From contig JAFGVM010000053.1 of assembly GCA_016937995.1 (NCBI GenBank), positions 1-41,617 on the forward strand: DNA of 41,617 nucleotides, written 5' to 3'. The notes below the pieces were generated by a model, which saw only the letters and a program-made list of their open reading frames with translations, ran no database searches and was not told the DNA's origin. The stretch comes from Candidatus Delongbacteria bacterium (GTDB lineage Bacteria > UBA4055). The position numbers and the translations under genes are program-made. Below, piece by piece: positions 1 through 9,775 of this stretch. The stretch's first letter is position 1, and every line of letters starts with the position of its first letter.

Positions 1-1
1 T

Positions 2-112
2 CCTTATGGAACATTTACTTTAGCTGCTTCAGTTGGTACAAACCAGTACACAGTGGCAGCTGATCAGGCAAAACTGTTCTATTATATCGTAGCTACTAAC
101 GCAACAAAATAA
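2..112 (+). CDS. 3' end of a gene truncated by the window edge; C-terminal FN3-like domain
   Basis: Open frame PYGTFTLAASVGTNQYTVAADQAKLFYYIVATNATK* ending at TAA 110-112 and followed by a terminator. It resembles the C-termini of the 37430 and 39934 proteins (PYGTF...FYYIVA). Confidence 0.8.
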   Translation, partial: PYGTFTLAASVGTNQYTVAADQAKLFYYIVATNATK

Positions 113-131
113 TTGAACATTGTTATTATAT

Positions 132-160
132 AAAAGCCGGCTTTTCAGTCGGCTTTTTTT
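132..160 (+). terminator. Rho-independent terminator
   Basis: AAAAGCCGGCT-TTTC-AGTCGGCTTTTTTT hairpin plus T tract. Confidence 0.85.
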
Positions 161-185
161 ATTGAAATATTTATGACTTATGCCA

Positions 186-214
186 TTGACAAAGAAGTTA
201 AACATACATAGTTT
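186..214 (+). promoter_or_regulatory. sigma70-type promoter for the C25 peptidase
   Basis: TTGACA (186-191), 17 bp spacer, TAGTTT (209-214), 30 bp upstream of the ATG. Confidence 0.6.
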
Positions 215-244
215 TCTCCAAAATAAATAAAAATTAGGGATATT

Positions 245-3200
245 ATGAAAAGAATTATAACTATCATGCTTGTACTTGTGACATGGTATTCAGTTGTTGC
301 AAATACCGGAAACGGATTTGATGTTCAATATAGCCGTATCTCTTCAGAAAAAATGCAATTGGATTTTATTATAGGGGACTATAGCCTAGAGAACGTTGAA
401 AAGGGTGAAAATACTTTTACTAAGATAAACTATGACGGTAAAGTAGTTACAAATGATAAAGGTTTTGCAGAATTACCATATGTAAGTAAAGCAGTACAAC
501 TTGAAGATCAAAGAAACGTTATTTTAGAGGTAAATTATAGTGAATATGAAGATATTTCGTTGGATTATCCACTTTTACCTTCCAGAGGAATTTTAACCAG
601 AAGTCAGAATATAAGTACTATTCCTTATAAAATATCTCAAGAATCTATCAAAGATGAATGGTATCCGGAAAAATTAGCTTATTCTGTTGATCCATTCATA
701 ATAAGAAATGTTAGAGGGACAAGTGTAGTAATTCAACCATTTCAGTATAATTCAGAAAAAAATATTCTAAGAGTCTTTAAAAATATTAAAGTGGATCTGG
801 TTTACAGTGATGAAAAACCTTTAAATCCGTTAAACAGAACGACAAATGCTGTAGAACCTGAAATGAATTCTATTTACAGATCATTATTCATTAATTATAA
901 TGAAAAGAAAGCTTTAAGATTAGCTGATGATGGTGAGATGTTGATCATTTATACTGATCAGAACGGTGGATCAGCAGCATTAGAACCATACATTAAATGG
1001 AAACGTGAAAAAGGTTTTACTGTAAATACTTTACAAGTTCCAAATGGTACTGATCTTGATGCAACTGAAACTGTAAAGAATGCTTACGATGCAAATCCTA
1101 ATATTCTATATGTTCAGCTAGTGGGAGACTGGGCAAATTTAAAGTCAAGATTCGAGTATTACTCAGTAACATCATCTGATGGATGCGAAGATCCGGTGCT
1201 AGGTCACGTTTCGGGAAGAGACGAATACCAGGACGTAATTATCGGCAGATTTTCTGTTCAAAGCGAAGAACAATTGTTAACACAGATAAATAAGGCGATA
1301 AACTATGAAAAAAATCCTGAATCTGATGGAACATGGTATAAAAAAGGACTGGTAAATGCATCGAATGAAGGTGACGGTATGGGTGATGACGGCGAAAGTG
1401 ATGAGCTGCATAATGAGATAATAAAGAATAATAAATTACTTTCATCAACTTATAATGAAGTGAATACCTGTTATCAATCCGCCGGAGATAACGGTACTGA
1501 TATTACCGGTTTTATCAATTCTGGACTATCAGCTGTAAATTATACCGGACATGGATATTATCAGTCGTGGTCAAATCCGAGTTTTAACAATACGGGTGTC
1601 AGTAATCTTACAAATGGAAGTAAGTTACCGTTCGTTATTTCAGTAGCCTGTTTAGTCGGTCATTTATCATACAGCAGCGATTGTTTTGCAGAAGCATGGT
1701 TGAAAAATGAGAATGGTGGAGCTGTTGTTGGATGGTTCTCAACAATAAGTCAACCATGGTTACCACCGATGAGAGGTCAGGATTATTTTTATGATATTCT
1801 GATCGGAGGTTATGATTATTTGCGTAATCCCGGATCTGGAACAACTACCACCGAACAGAGAACAACTTTTGGCGCATTAACAGTTAATGCGGCACATCTT
1901 ACTTTAGCAGAAGCACCAACTGATGTATCCACTTTAGCTACGATAGAAACATGGACAGTATTCGGAGATGCTTCGTTGCAGTTAAGAACAGACACTCCGA
2001 AACCGATAGTCTGTACGAATTCTACACTCCTCGCAGAAAATTACACAACAACTATATTGTCCTCTTCAGAACCTGTTGAAGGTGCAAGAGTTACATTATA
2101 TCAGGATGGAATAAACTTTACAGGACTAACAGATGAAAATGGGAATGTAAATATTGAGCATACTTTCACAGAAGGCGAGGTGACTATAACAGTTTCCGGT
2201 TTCAATCTTGAAACAGATCAGTTCATAACTCCGGTCATTGTCCTTGATGGTCCGTATGTAAAAATTAATAACTATACGATCAGTACAAGTACTTTCGGAG
2301 GGTCTGCGTTCTGTCAATTCGAACTCAAGAATATCGGAATAGAAAACAGTTCTGATGTTAATTTGAGTATTTCTACTGAGAGCCAATATATCAGTTTCAT
2401 AGATCAAGAGGAGTATTTTGGCAGTATTTCTACAGGTGATTCTGTAAGTATTTCCGATTGTATAAATTTTCAGATCGACAGTAATACTCCTGATCAGGAG
2501 AAAATAGAATTTATCTCACAAATCACTGATAATTTCACAAAAAGATCATATAATTCAAAATTCTATTTGTTGGTAAATTCACCAGACCTTAATATCAGTC
2601 ATTCGATCGATGGGGAAATGATCGATCCGGGAGATTCCAAAGATATAAGTTTCAGGATAATGAACAGTGGAAATGCAGATCTTGATAATGTTTTGATAAA
2701 TCTGACTCAAGATACAGGTTTTCCTGTTGTGATCACCGATCCAGGATACAGTTATCTAATTTCACAGGGTGAATTCGTGGATGTAACAGTGAATTGCAGT
2801 TTTGATACATCAATTCCTTTATCTTCATTTTTAGATTTTACACTTAAAATATCTGATGATAATGGTTTTTTAATTGAATATCCATTAACTGTTATCGCAG
2901 GTTTAACAGAAAGTTTTGAGACAGGTGATTTTACGAACAATGACTGGCAAATGACAGGTTCTAGCTGGATCATTGATGATAATGAAGTGTACAGTGGAAA
3001 TTATTCATCCAGATCTGGTTCGATCACTGATAATCAGACTTCTACAATGAAGCTTCAATATGAATTCGGAGATAACGGGAATATAAGCTTCTATAGAAAA
3101 ATTTCTTCAGAACCGAATTATGATTTTTTATATTTTTACATTGACGGAATTGAAAGATCAAAGTGGAGTGGAAGTATAGGGTGGTATAAATTTGATTATG

Positions 3201-3607
3201 ACGTGGAACCGGGTATACATGACCTGTCGTGGTCCTATAAAAAAGATGCCGGGATAAGTGGTTACAGCGACTGTGCGTGGATCGACAATATTCTTATCAG
3301 CGGTATTTATTCAGGAATTGAAAACTTATCTGAGAATACACCGAATACAACAAAATTATATAAAAATTATCCTAATCCGTTCAATCCGACAACAGACATT
3401 AAATTCTTTCTTGAGAAAGGATCAAATGTTAAATTATCAGTATACAATTCAAGAGGTCAGATCGTTAATGAACTGATAAATCAATACTTGAATAAAGGTA
3501 TGCATTTAATGAAGTATAATGCGGGTAATTTGAACAGCGGTGTTTATTATTATCTACTTGAAACAGATAATAATAAGCTGAGTGAGAAAATGCTCCTAAT
3601 AAAATGA
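245..3607 (+). CDS. Gingipain-like cysteine peptidase (family C25) with propeptide and T9SS type-A-like C-terminal sorting domain
   Basis: Signal peptide; C25 propeptide-like N-terminus; IIGRFS, NYTGHG (catalytic His), SVACL (catalytic Cys) and FGDASL motifs; C-terminal NYPNPFNPTT...SGVYYY...KMLLIK. Confidence 0.9.
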   Translation: MKRIITIMLVLVTWYSVVANTGNGFDVQYSRISSEKMQLDFIIGDYSLENVEKGENTFTKINYDGKVVTNDKGFAELPYVSKAVQLEDQRNVILEVNYSEYEDISLDYPLLPSRGILTRSQNISTIPYKISQESIKDEWYPEKLAYSVDPFIIRNVRGTSVVIQPFQYNSEKNILRVFKNIKVDLVYSDEKPLNPLNRTTNAVEPEMNSIYRSLFINYNEKKALRLADDGEMLIIYTDQNGGSAALEPYIKWKREKGFTVNTLQVPNGTDLDATETVKNAYDANPNILYVQLVGDWANLKSRFEYYSVTSSDGCEDPVLGHVSGRDEYQDVIIGRFSVQSEEQLLTQINKAINYEKNPESDGTWYKKGLVNASNEGDGMGDDGESDELHNEIIKNNKLLSSTYNEVNTCYQSAGDNGTDITGFINSGLSAVNYTGHGYYQSWSNPSFNNTGVSNLTNGSKLPFVISVACLVGHLSYSSDCFAEAWLKNENGGAVVGWFSTISQPWLPPMRGQDYFYDILIGGYDYLRNPGSGTTTTEQRTTFGALTVNAAHLTLAEAPTDVSTLATIETWTVFGDASLQLRTDTPKPIVCTNSTLLAENYTTTILSSSEPVEGARVTLYQDGINFTGLTDENGNVNIEHTFTEGEVTITVSGFNLETDQFITPVIVLDGPYVKINNYTISTSTFGGSAFCQFELKNIGIENSSDVNLSISTESQYISFIDQEEYFGSISTGDSVSISDCINFQIDSNTPDQEKIEFISQITDNFTKRSYNSKFYLLVNSPDLNISHSIDGEMIDPGDSKDISFRIMNSGNADLDNVLINLTQDTGFPVVITDPGYSYLISQGEFVDVTVNCSFDTSIPLSSFLDFTLKISDDNGFLIEYPLTVIAGLTESFETGDFTNNDWQMTGSSWIIDDNEVYSGNYSSRSGSITDNQTSTMKLQYEFGDNGNISFYRKISSEPNYDFLYFYIDGIERSKWSGSIGWYKFDYDVEPGIHDLSWSYKKDAGISGYSDCAWIDNILISGIYSGIENLSENTPNTTKLYKNYPNPFNPTTDIKFFLEKGSNVKLSVYNSRGQIVNELINQYLNKGMHLMKYNAGNLNSGVYYYLLETDNNKLSEKMLLIK

Positions 3608-3637
3608 AAAAAAGGCCGGTTTAAACCGGTCTTTTTT
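3608..3637. terminator. Bidirectional terminator between convergent genes
   Basis: A tract-GGCCGGT-TTAA-ACCGGTC-T tract. Confidence 0.85.
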
Positions 3638-4386
3638 CATATCTCTACAACAGATTCTTTTTTTACCCAGCCCTTTTTATCTCCGGACAAACTTATTTCA
3701 AACCAATCGTTATTGGATCTTAGCAACTCAACTTTTGTACCCAGATGTAAAAAGAAAAGCTCTTTACTGTTCACATTCTCATCCGGTGATGAAAGAACAG
3801 AAATGATATTACGGTCAACTACTGCGAATTTCTTACTTAATTCCAAATGAATATCATAATAAATGTATCCAAGGAATAAAAATACGACCAACAATACAAG
3901 ATTAACAATGTTGACGATCTTTGCCAGTAAAGAGTATTTGAATATTATTGCAAGAGAAAACAGAACTGATATCAGGAGCAGGTTAAGTATAAAATAATAT
4001 CTGACAGAATAAATATTAAATAGATTTTTTAACTTACCGACAACATTAAAGAAAGGTTCAGGTTTCTCTGCTTCCTCTTTATCGATCAAAGACAGTTTTA
4101 CTATTTTTAAGTTATCTAAAAGATCTTCATCTGCCGGTATGAATTTCATAGCTCTTTCATAACTTACAATTGTATTTACAATATCTCCCGTATGGTAGTA
4201 TGAATTACCGAGATTGTAATATATCTCCCCATTCTCATAACCTGAGTTTATAACGGAATTATACAATTCAATAGCCTTATGAAAGTCACCCTTCTCATAT
4301 TCCGCATTTGCCTGATCATAATTGGTCACGGGTGATGCTTGAAGTGAGATAAAAACGGTCAATATTACGGTCAGTATAAATTTCAT
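3637..4386 (-). CDS. batE: BatE-like protein (TPR + two TM helices + C-terminal SH3-like domain)
   Basis: TPR motif YYNLGNSYY...YERA, two hydrophobic segments, C-terminal LHLGTKV...GWV; lies directly downstream of batD. Confidence 0.8.
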   Translation of the reverse strand: MKFILTVILTVFISLQASPVTNYDQANAEYEKGDFHKAIELYNSVINSGYENGEIYYNLGNSYYHTGDIVNTIVSYERAMKFIPADEDLLDNLKIVKLSLIDKEEAEKPEPFFNVVGKLKNLFNIYSVRYYFILNLLLISVLFSLAIIFKYSLLAKIVNIVNLVLLVVFLFLGYIYYDIHLELSKKFAVVDRNIISVLSSPDENVNSKELFFLHLGTKVELLRSNNDWFEISLSGDKKGWVKKESVVEI

Positions 4387-4393
4387 ATTAATT

Positions 4394-6202
4394 CTATTTT
4401 AGGTTTACGCTCAGATCCATTATCAGATCACTTGTTCTTTCAATGTCAGTTGTCATTTCATCAACATTAGGTTTCTCAGGAGAAAATTGAATGCTTGATG
4501 TTTTATTTAATATAGTTTGAAGTTCATTTATCAGTTCTTCTTTTATGTTCCTTCTTTCTAATTCAGCTTTAATATCATCGAAAACGATACCTGCATGAGA
4601 AAGGTTGAATTTATCAGCCAGGAATTTATACAGGGCTTCCTCTATTGACTTATAAAAACCAATATGATCATTTTCTCCTAGGTAAGATGAAGCAATTTTA
4701 AGTCTTTTCTTTGCAAAATTGGCAGCTTTCCTTTTTCTATTACCTGAAACATCAGCTCTTTTCTTTGAGAATACTGAGTTCAAAGCATAAGTTAAAAGAG
4801 GTAATAGTATTGCAATGATCAGGTAAATAAAGAAATTAAAAAATGAAGTTGGTAGTTGATCTGTTCTATAGAATTTGTTACCTGTTTTTTTGATATATCG
4901 AATGTCTTTAGCGAGTACTTCGATCTCTTTTCTTGAGTAACCTGCAGATGAAACAAATTTGCCGTTCGCGCTTCCGGTCACGGTTATACTATAATCTTTG
5001 TCAGTGAGTGTCTGATATTTTTTCTTTTTAGAATCGAAGTATGTGAATTCGACCCCTTTGATAACATGTTTACCCGGAGCTCTTGGAACAAGGATATATT
5101 CAAAAACGACCCTTCCGTCAGTTTTTGAATCTTTATCTAGAATAATCTCACTTTTCGGATCGTATACTTCAAAATCTGATGGTATATCAGGTTTAATATT
5201 CGTGATATCCCTGAAATTACCTGTTCCTGAAATAGTAATTTTAAGTGTAATGGCTTCATTAACATCAACGGAATCATTGTCAATTGTTGATCTAAGTTTA
5301 AAACTACCGACACCTCCGCTATAACTGTCAGGCTTATTTGTAGCTGGTAATTCATTAACACTTATTTTAATATTCTTTGATCTTACAGCTCTATCTTTGA
5401 AGTTGGTAAAACCTGAGAACAGGTCGTCATTAAAAAAAGGATCATCGAACATTGATCTACGTTTTTTCTTTTTCTTTTCTTCTACCGGAACACTTATTAT
5501 CAGAGGATTAAGTTCGTATTCTCCGGAAGCAGTTGGTGTTATCCAATACGTTTTAATCGGTAATGTATTATATTTTTGCCCTTCGTAGATCCTTTGGACC
5601 AGAGATTTACTTTTCTGTTGGGAGTATTCAACATTCTCCTTTACAAAACCTGTCATCTTGGGTTCTTCGGTCAATGACGGCATTCGGATACTGACACCGT
5701 CTTTTATGTATAGAACATAATCAACTTTAAGCATCTCACCCACATAAGGAGATCTGTTACTTATCTCAGTTGTAATGAACATATCCTGTGCAGATGTTCC
5801 TGTCATATTCTTTGGAGAGTCAAAAACTTTAATGATGACCTTATTTGACCTGTATCTTTTACCATCTTCAATTATAGTGATGGGAGGGATAGTGATATTT
5901 CCTGTCTTTTTAGGTGTGAATTGATATGTTAAAGTAATAGAGCTTGTCGATCTTCCGTTAACTATTGAAGTACTGTGTGACTGAAAAGGTCCGTTCACCA
6001 ATTGAAGGTCTTTATCAAAATCAGGTTGCTCCATTGAAGCGTTACCACCAAAATTCTCCAATGTAATTTCGAGTTCAAAGATATCGGTTGAAAGAACTTC
6101 TTTTGCCGATGCTGTCAATCTGACAGTTTTTTCCTGTGCAAATAACAGCGATATCGAAATTACCAGCAGTAGAAAAATATGTTTTAATTCAATTTTGATC
6201 AT
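4394..6202 (-). CDS. batD: BatD family protein (Bacteroides aerotolerance operon)
   Basis: Signal peptide, SIVNGR, YVGE, FDDPFF, GGVGSF, ISGTGN, FEVYDP and DIRYIK motifs, then a TM helix and helical C-terminus. Confidence 0.85.
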   Translation of the reverse strand: MIKIELKHIFLLLVISISLLFAQEKTVRLTASAKEVLSTDIFELEITLENFGGNASMEQPDFDKDLQLVNGPFQSHSTSIVNGRSTSSITLTYQFTPKKTGNITIPPITIIEDGKRYRSNKVIIKVFDSPKNMTGTSAQDMFITTEISNRSPYVGEMLKVDYVLYIKDGVSIRMPSLTEEPKMTGFVKENVEYSQQKSKSLVQRIYEGQKYNTLPIKTYWITPTASGEYELNPLIISVPVEEKKKKKRRSMFDDPFFNDDLFSGFTNFKDRAVRSKNIKISVNELPATNKPDSYSGGVGSFKLRSTIDNDSVDVNEAITLKITISGTGNFRDITNIKPDIPSDFEVYDPKSEIILDKDSKTDGRVVFEYILVPRAPGKHVIKGVEFTYFDSKKKKYQTLTDKDYSITVTGSANGKFVSSAGYSRKEIEVLAKDIRYIKKTGNKFYRTDQLPTSFFNFFIYLIIAILLPLLTYALNSVFSKKRADVSGNRKRKAANFAKKRLKIASSYLGENDHIGFYKSIEEALYKFLADKFNLSHAGIVFDDIKAELERRNIKEELINELQTILNKTSSIQFSPEKPNVDEMTTDIERTSDLIMDLSVNLK

Positions 6203-6367
6203 TCAGCTATAATTTAACCCTAAATCATTTTCGATGGATTATACTATTGATATTAATATTTTGTTCCTTACAAACAGAGTTCAAAAGATAGTGAAAAAAA
6301 TACTTCATTTCAAGTTAATTATAATGTAACTTAAAGGATATAAAACATGAATAACTGAGGGAATATT

Positions 6368-6847
6368 ATGAAAAATATATTGTTCATTATAATTGGCGTT
6401 CTTTTTGGAGTCATCCTGACTTTTATTGTCGTAATGCGATCATTTCCCGGTATGATGATAGAAACCTTCAAAAGTAAGCTCGATTATTCTGAGACAGTCA
6501 GAATGATCGAGAAAAGTGCTGCTGATAACGGATGGGCTGTTGCAAAGATCTATGACATGGAGAAAAGGATGCAGAAAGCAGGTTTTGAAGATGCTGCCAG
6601 AGTTAAGGTAATGGAATTGTGTCATGCTCAGCATACGAATGATATTTTAAGCAAAGAAGATGATATGTTCATTTCTGCTATTATGCCTTGCAGGATGGCT
6701 GTTTATGAAAAGAAGAACGGGGATGTTTTCATTTCAAAAATGAATATCGGACTGATGAGCAAATTGTTCAGTGATAATGTGAAAGAGGTCATGGGACAGG
6801 TCGCGGAAGAAGATGAGAATATCCTGTCGGATATAATTGACAATTGA
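6368..6847 (+). CDS. DUF302 domain protein with N-terminal membrane anchor
   Basis: ELCHA and IMPCRMAVYEK motifs typical of DUF302; GAGG RBS. Confidence 0.8.
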   Translation: MKNILFIIIGVLFGVILTFIVVMRSFPGMMIETFKSKLDYSETVRMIEKSAADNGWAVAKIYDMEKRMQKAGFEDAARVKVMELCHAQHTNDILSKEDDMFISAIMPCRMAVYEKKNGDVFISKMNIGLMSKLFSDNVKEVMGQVAEEDENILSDIIDN

Positions 6848-6854
6848 TAATTCC

Positions 6855-6880
6855 GTAGGGGACGATTTCTTTTCGTCCCC
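6855..6880 (+). repeat. REP-like palindrome
   Basis: GTA-GGGGACGA-TTTCTTT-TCGTCCCC directly after the stop codon; one of seven related copies. Confidence 0.7.
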
Positions 6881-6972
6881 AAAACGATTTGAACATCCAA
6901 TATCCAACACGTTCCGATTGATCGGGGCAATGTCCAAGGTTTTCTGAATGCTTAACTCAGCATGGCAACAGT

Positions 6973-7003
6973 AAAAAAAAGACCCTGTTCTCAGGGTCTT
7001 TTT
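6973..7003. terminator. Bidirectional terminator; probably the original terminator of the cNMP-binding gene before integration
   Basis: A8-GACCCTG-TTCT-CAGGGTC-T5. Confidence 0.85.
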
Positions 7004-7025
7004 CACATCTATACCACAATATCCA

Positions 7026-7055
7026 CTATATTAAATAATTTCTTAGCATAAAGTT
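7026..7055 (-). repeat. Left att site: displaced 3' end of the cNMP-binding protein gene
   Basis: Minus strand reads AAC TTT ATG CTA AGA AAT TAT TTA ATA TAG (NFMLRNYLI*). It is 25/30 identical to 14069-14098, with an identical core CTTAGCATAAA at 7042-7052. Confidence 0.9.
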
Positions 7056-7156
7056 TGCACTAAATTTATTAAAGTTCATTAAAAGTCATTATATAAGGCT
7101 AAATAATCTATTTAGTTTTCAATAAGATTTATTAAATATTGTTTGAAATATCTTAA

Positions 7157-7178
7157 ATTTGTTGTTATATTGTTGTAA
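7157..7178 (+). repeat. Putative integrase arm-type site (left)
   Basis: ATTTGTTGTTATATTGTTGTAA, 20/22 identical to 14000-14021 inside the other end of the element. Confidence 0.6.
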
Positions 7179-7195
7179 ATTATACAGGTAAAGCA

Positions 7196-8305
7196 ATGAA
7201 TAAAAAGAAACCTAAAATATTTGATCTGATCAAAAAGCTTAATTCTCATTCTGATAAAATTAAGATCAGGGCAAGAGTAAAATATGATAAGGATAAGGAA
7301 CTAATCGGATATACAGTTTATTTAGATTACTATTATAAGAAGAATCGACAACTTGAATATTTAGATAAATCTTTACATTTGGACGGCTCAATTTCTTCCC
7401 TTCCTTCTGACAAAGAAAAGCTTAGACTAATCGAAGCTTTAAGGAATAAAAAACAACTTGAACTGATCGAACAAAAAACAGGCTTCAATCTTAAAGAAGT
7501 TCAAGACAAGGATTTTATTGATTATTTTTCTAAGAATTGTAAAGATTCTGTTTTCAAGGGAAGTCTTAAAAGATTTAAAATGTTTATAAAAAGAGATTCA
7601 ATAAGGTTTGATGAAATAGATCATAAGTTATGTAATAACTTTGCTGAATATTTAAAAAAAGAGATCAAACCAAATTCAGCAGTATCTTATTTTGCAAAAC
7701 TCAAAATTGTTTTGAATAAAGCAGTTAAAGAAAAACTTATTCAAGAAAATCCTGCAAATAATATTAGCTTGAAAGGTGAACAATCAAAGCGGGAATTTTT
7801 TAGTTTAGAAGAAATACAAATCTTGGCAAAAACCGAAAAGACAAATATAAACTCTTGTAATGGTTTTATATTTTGTTGTTTTGCAGGACTTAGATTTTCA
7901 GATGTAAAGAAGTTGAAATATTCAGATATAAAAGAAGGTTATATTGAATTTAAACAAAAGAAAACAGGGCAGAATGAAAGAATGAAATTAAGTTCTTCAG
8001 CATTAAAGATCATTGATAAGCAAAAGAAAACAGTTGTAAGTGATTATGTTTTTAATTTTATGCATTATTCACAAGTTGAAAGGCATTTAAAAGAGTGGGT
8101 AAAGAGAGCAGAAATAAATAAGAATATTACCTTCCATAGTTCAAGACATACTTTCGCGACCTTGTCCCTTACAAATGATATTGATATATTTACAGTATCA
8201 AAGCTTTTAGGACATCGCGATCTTAAAACAACTCAGATATATGCTAAACTAATTGATAAGAAGAAAGATCAGGCGATTGACAAACTACCTGAAATTGACA
8301 TTTAA
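7196..8305 (+). CDS. Tyrosine recombinase / site-specific integrase
   Basis: Catalytic set GLRFSD (R), QKKT (K), HSSRH (HxxR), LLGH and TQIYA (Y); N-terminal YLDYY arm-binding-like domain and SAM-like middle domain; adjacent to the att site. Confidence 0.95.
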   Translation: MNKKKPKIFDLIKKLNSHSDKIKIRARVKYDKDKELIGYTVYLDYYYKKNRQLEYLDKSLHLDGSISSLPSDKEKLRLIEALRNKKQLELIEQKTGFNLKEVQDKDFIDYFSKNCKDSVFKGSLKRFKMFIKRDSIRFDEIDHKLCNNFAEYLKKEIKPNSAVSYFAKLKIVLNKAVKEKLIQENPANNISLKGEQSKREFFSLEEIQILAKTEKTNINSCNGFIFCCFAGLRFSDVKKLKYSDIKEGYIEFKQKKTGQNERMKLSSSALKIIDKQKKTVVSDYVFNFMHYSQVERHLKEWVKRAEINKNITFHSSRHTFATLSLTNDIDIFTVSKLLGHRDLKTTQIYAKLIDKKKDQAIDKLPEIDI

Positions 8306-8322
8306 AACAAAGGCGGGCAAGA

Positions 8323-9327
8323 ATGAAAAAAGATATTGATTATTTCATCGAACAAGTAAAAAAAGATAATGATTATCTTAAAGTAAAATTCACAGAAGAA
8401 GAGATAAGCATATTAGCAAATGATCATTTTGAAACATACAAAAAAGGGAACAACCTTAAATATGAAACATTTGAAAAAGATGTTAGAAAAAGAAATGAAA
8501 AACTTACAAATAAATGGACTGAAGATGAAATCAAAGCTATTGCAGAAAGAAAATATAAATATACAAAAGAGAAGACTTATCAGATAAGAAATTATGAATT
8601 TTTCAGAAATAGAATTCTTCATAGGAAAGATATTCCTAAATCACAAAAAAATTTTGAGACTGAAAAATCTTATAAGGAAGAGCTAGACTTTATTATAAGG
8701 AATAATGCAATTGATGAATATTTGAAAGAAGAATCTAAGTGTCCTCTTTATTTTTCACTTGAAGAATATATCTCATATTGTACTTATGATCCTTATGGAT
8801 ATTCTCAATTAAATAATCAAGAAAAGATTATTTATCTAAAGAATAGGATTGTAAAAATCAAAAAAAAGTTAGCAAGGTATGAAATATTTAAGAAAACCAA
8901 ATATTATGATTGTGAACAATGTGATAATAACTATAAAGAGCAATGTAAAGAAAATGAAGATTGCATGAAATCACTATTACTCAGATTTGAACCTGATCTA
9001 GAAGCTTTTGAATTTGCAAGAGATCAAAGTAAAGATTTTAAGGACATGACATTAGAGATTGATAAAAGTAAAGATTCTGTTCTTAGAAAATGGATACGTT
9101 ACAGAGATGTAGGAAAAAGTAAATATTCAATGTTTAAATATACAACAACATACCATAGAGATTCGACAAAGAACAAACTAGAAGTATATTACGACAAGTT
9201 CACAAAAGAAAAATCTATAGAAAAATGTGCATATCGTACATTAGGAACTTATGTGCAAGAAACATATAATAGTACATTGTTAAAGATACAATACTCAGAC
9301 ATAAATAAACAAAAAATGCAAATTTAA
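8323..9327 (+). CDS. Hypothetical protein (element-borne, Cys cluster)
   Basis: 334-aa ORF 17 bp after the integrase; contains CEQC-x7-C-x5-C; no family recognised. Confidence 0.7.
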   Translation: MKKDIDYFIEQVKKDNDYLKVKFTEEEISILANDHFETYKKGNNLKYETFEKDVRKRNEKLTNKWTEDEIKAIAERKYKYTKEKTYQIRNYEFFRNRILHRKDIPKSQKNFETEKSYKEELDFIIRNNAIDEYLKEESKCPLYFSLEEYISYCTYDPYGYSQLNNQEKIIYLKNRIVKIKKKLARYEIFKKTKYYDCEQCDNNYKEQCKENEDCMKSLLLRFEPDLEAFEFARDQSKDFKDMTLEIDKSKDSVLRKWIRYRDVGKSKYSMFKYTTTYHRDSTKNKLEVYYDKFTKEKSIEKCAYRTLGTYVQETYNSTLLKIQYSDINKQKMQI

Positions 9328-9496
9328 GTAGACCCTACATTTAATAGCTAAATCCTGCCCTATTCTGCCTTATTTTATAAATATTGCCATTTATTGTAGC
9401 TACTTAACTTAGTTTTGACCTATAACCTATGTTTTTTTCTGCCCTGAAAAGCATTTTACCTTTTAATAAACATTAATAAATCAAAAAGGTGGTAAA

Positions 9497-9775
9497 ATGT
9501 TAGAACAAGAAAAACATTCGACAATCGAAAAAACAAAAAAGACTCATTTCACATTCAAGGAAACACAAGAATATCTTGGAGTTTCAAAGTCGACATTATA
9601 TAAATATAATATGTATAATGTTATTCCTTACTCAAAACCAAATGGTCGCAAGGTTTATTACAAAATTGAAGACCTGAATAATTACCTTCTTAGAAATCCA
9701 ATAAGATCAGAAGAACAGCTTGACAAAACAGCAGAATTGTATTTTCAGAACTGTCCTAAAGGTCAGGCAATATAA
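9497..9775 (+). CDS. Excisionase-like helix-turn-helix protein (HTH_17/AlpA-like)
   Basis: TFKETQEYLGVSKSTLYK...IPYSKPNGRKVYY...DLNNYL; AAGGTGG RBS. Confidence 0.88.
   Translation: MLEQEKHSTIEKTKKTHFTFKETQEYLGVSKSTLYKYNMYNVIPYSKPNGRKVYYKIEDLNNYLLRNPIRSEEQLDKTAELYFQNCPKGQAI

Noticed and set aside
6734-7006. 90-aa and 75-aa minus-strand ORFs across the repeat-rich gap left of the element
   Set aside because: They run through the terminator, palindromes and the DUF302 gene, with no coding signature.
7000-7060. tRNA or tmRNA gene as the integration site
   Set aside because: No cloverleaf or T-loop motif at either end; the repeat is explained by the protein-coding 3' end.
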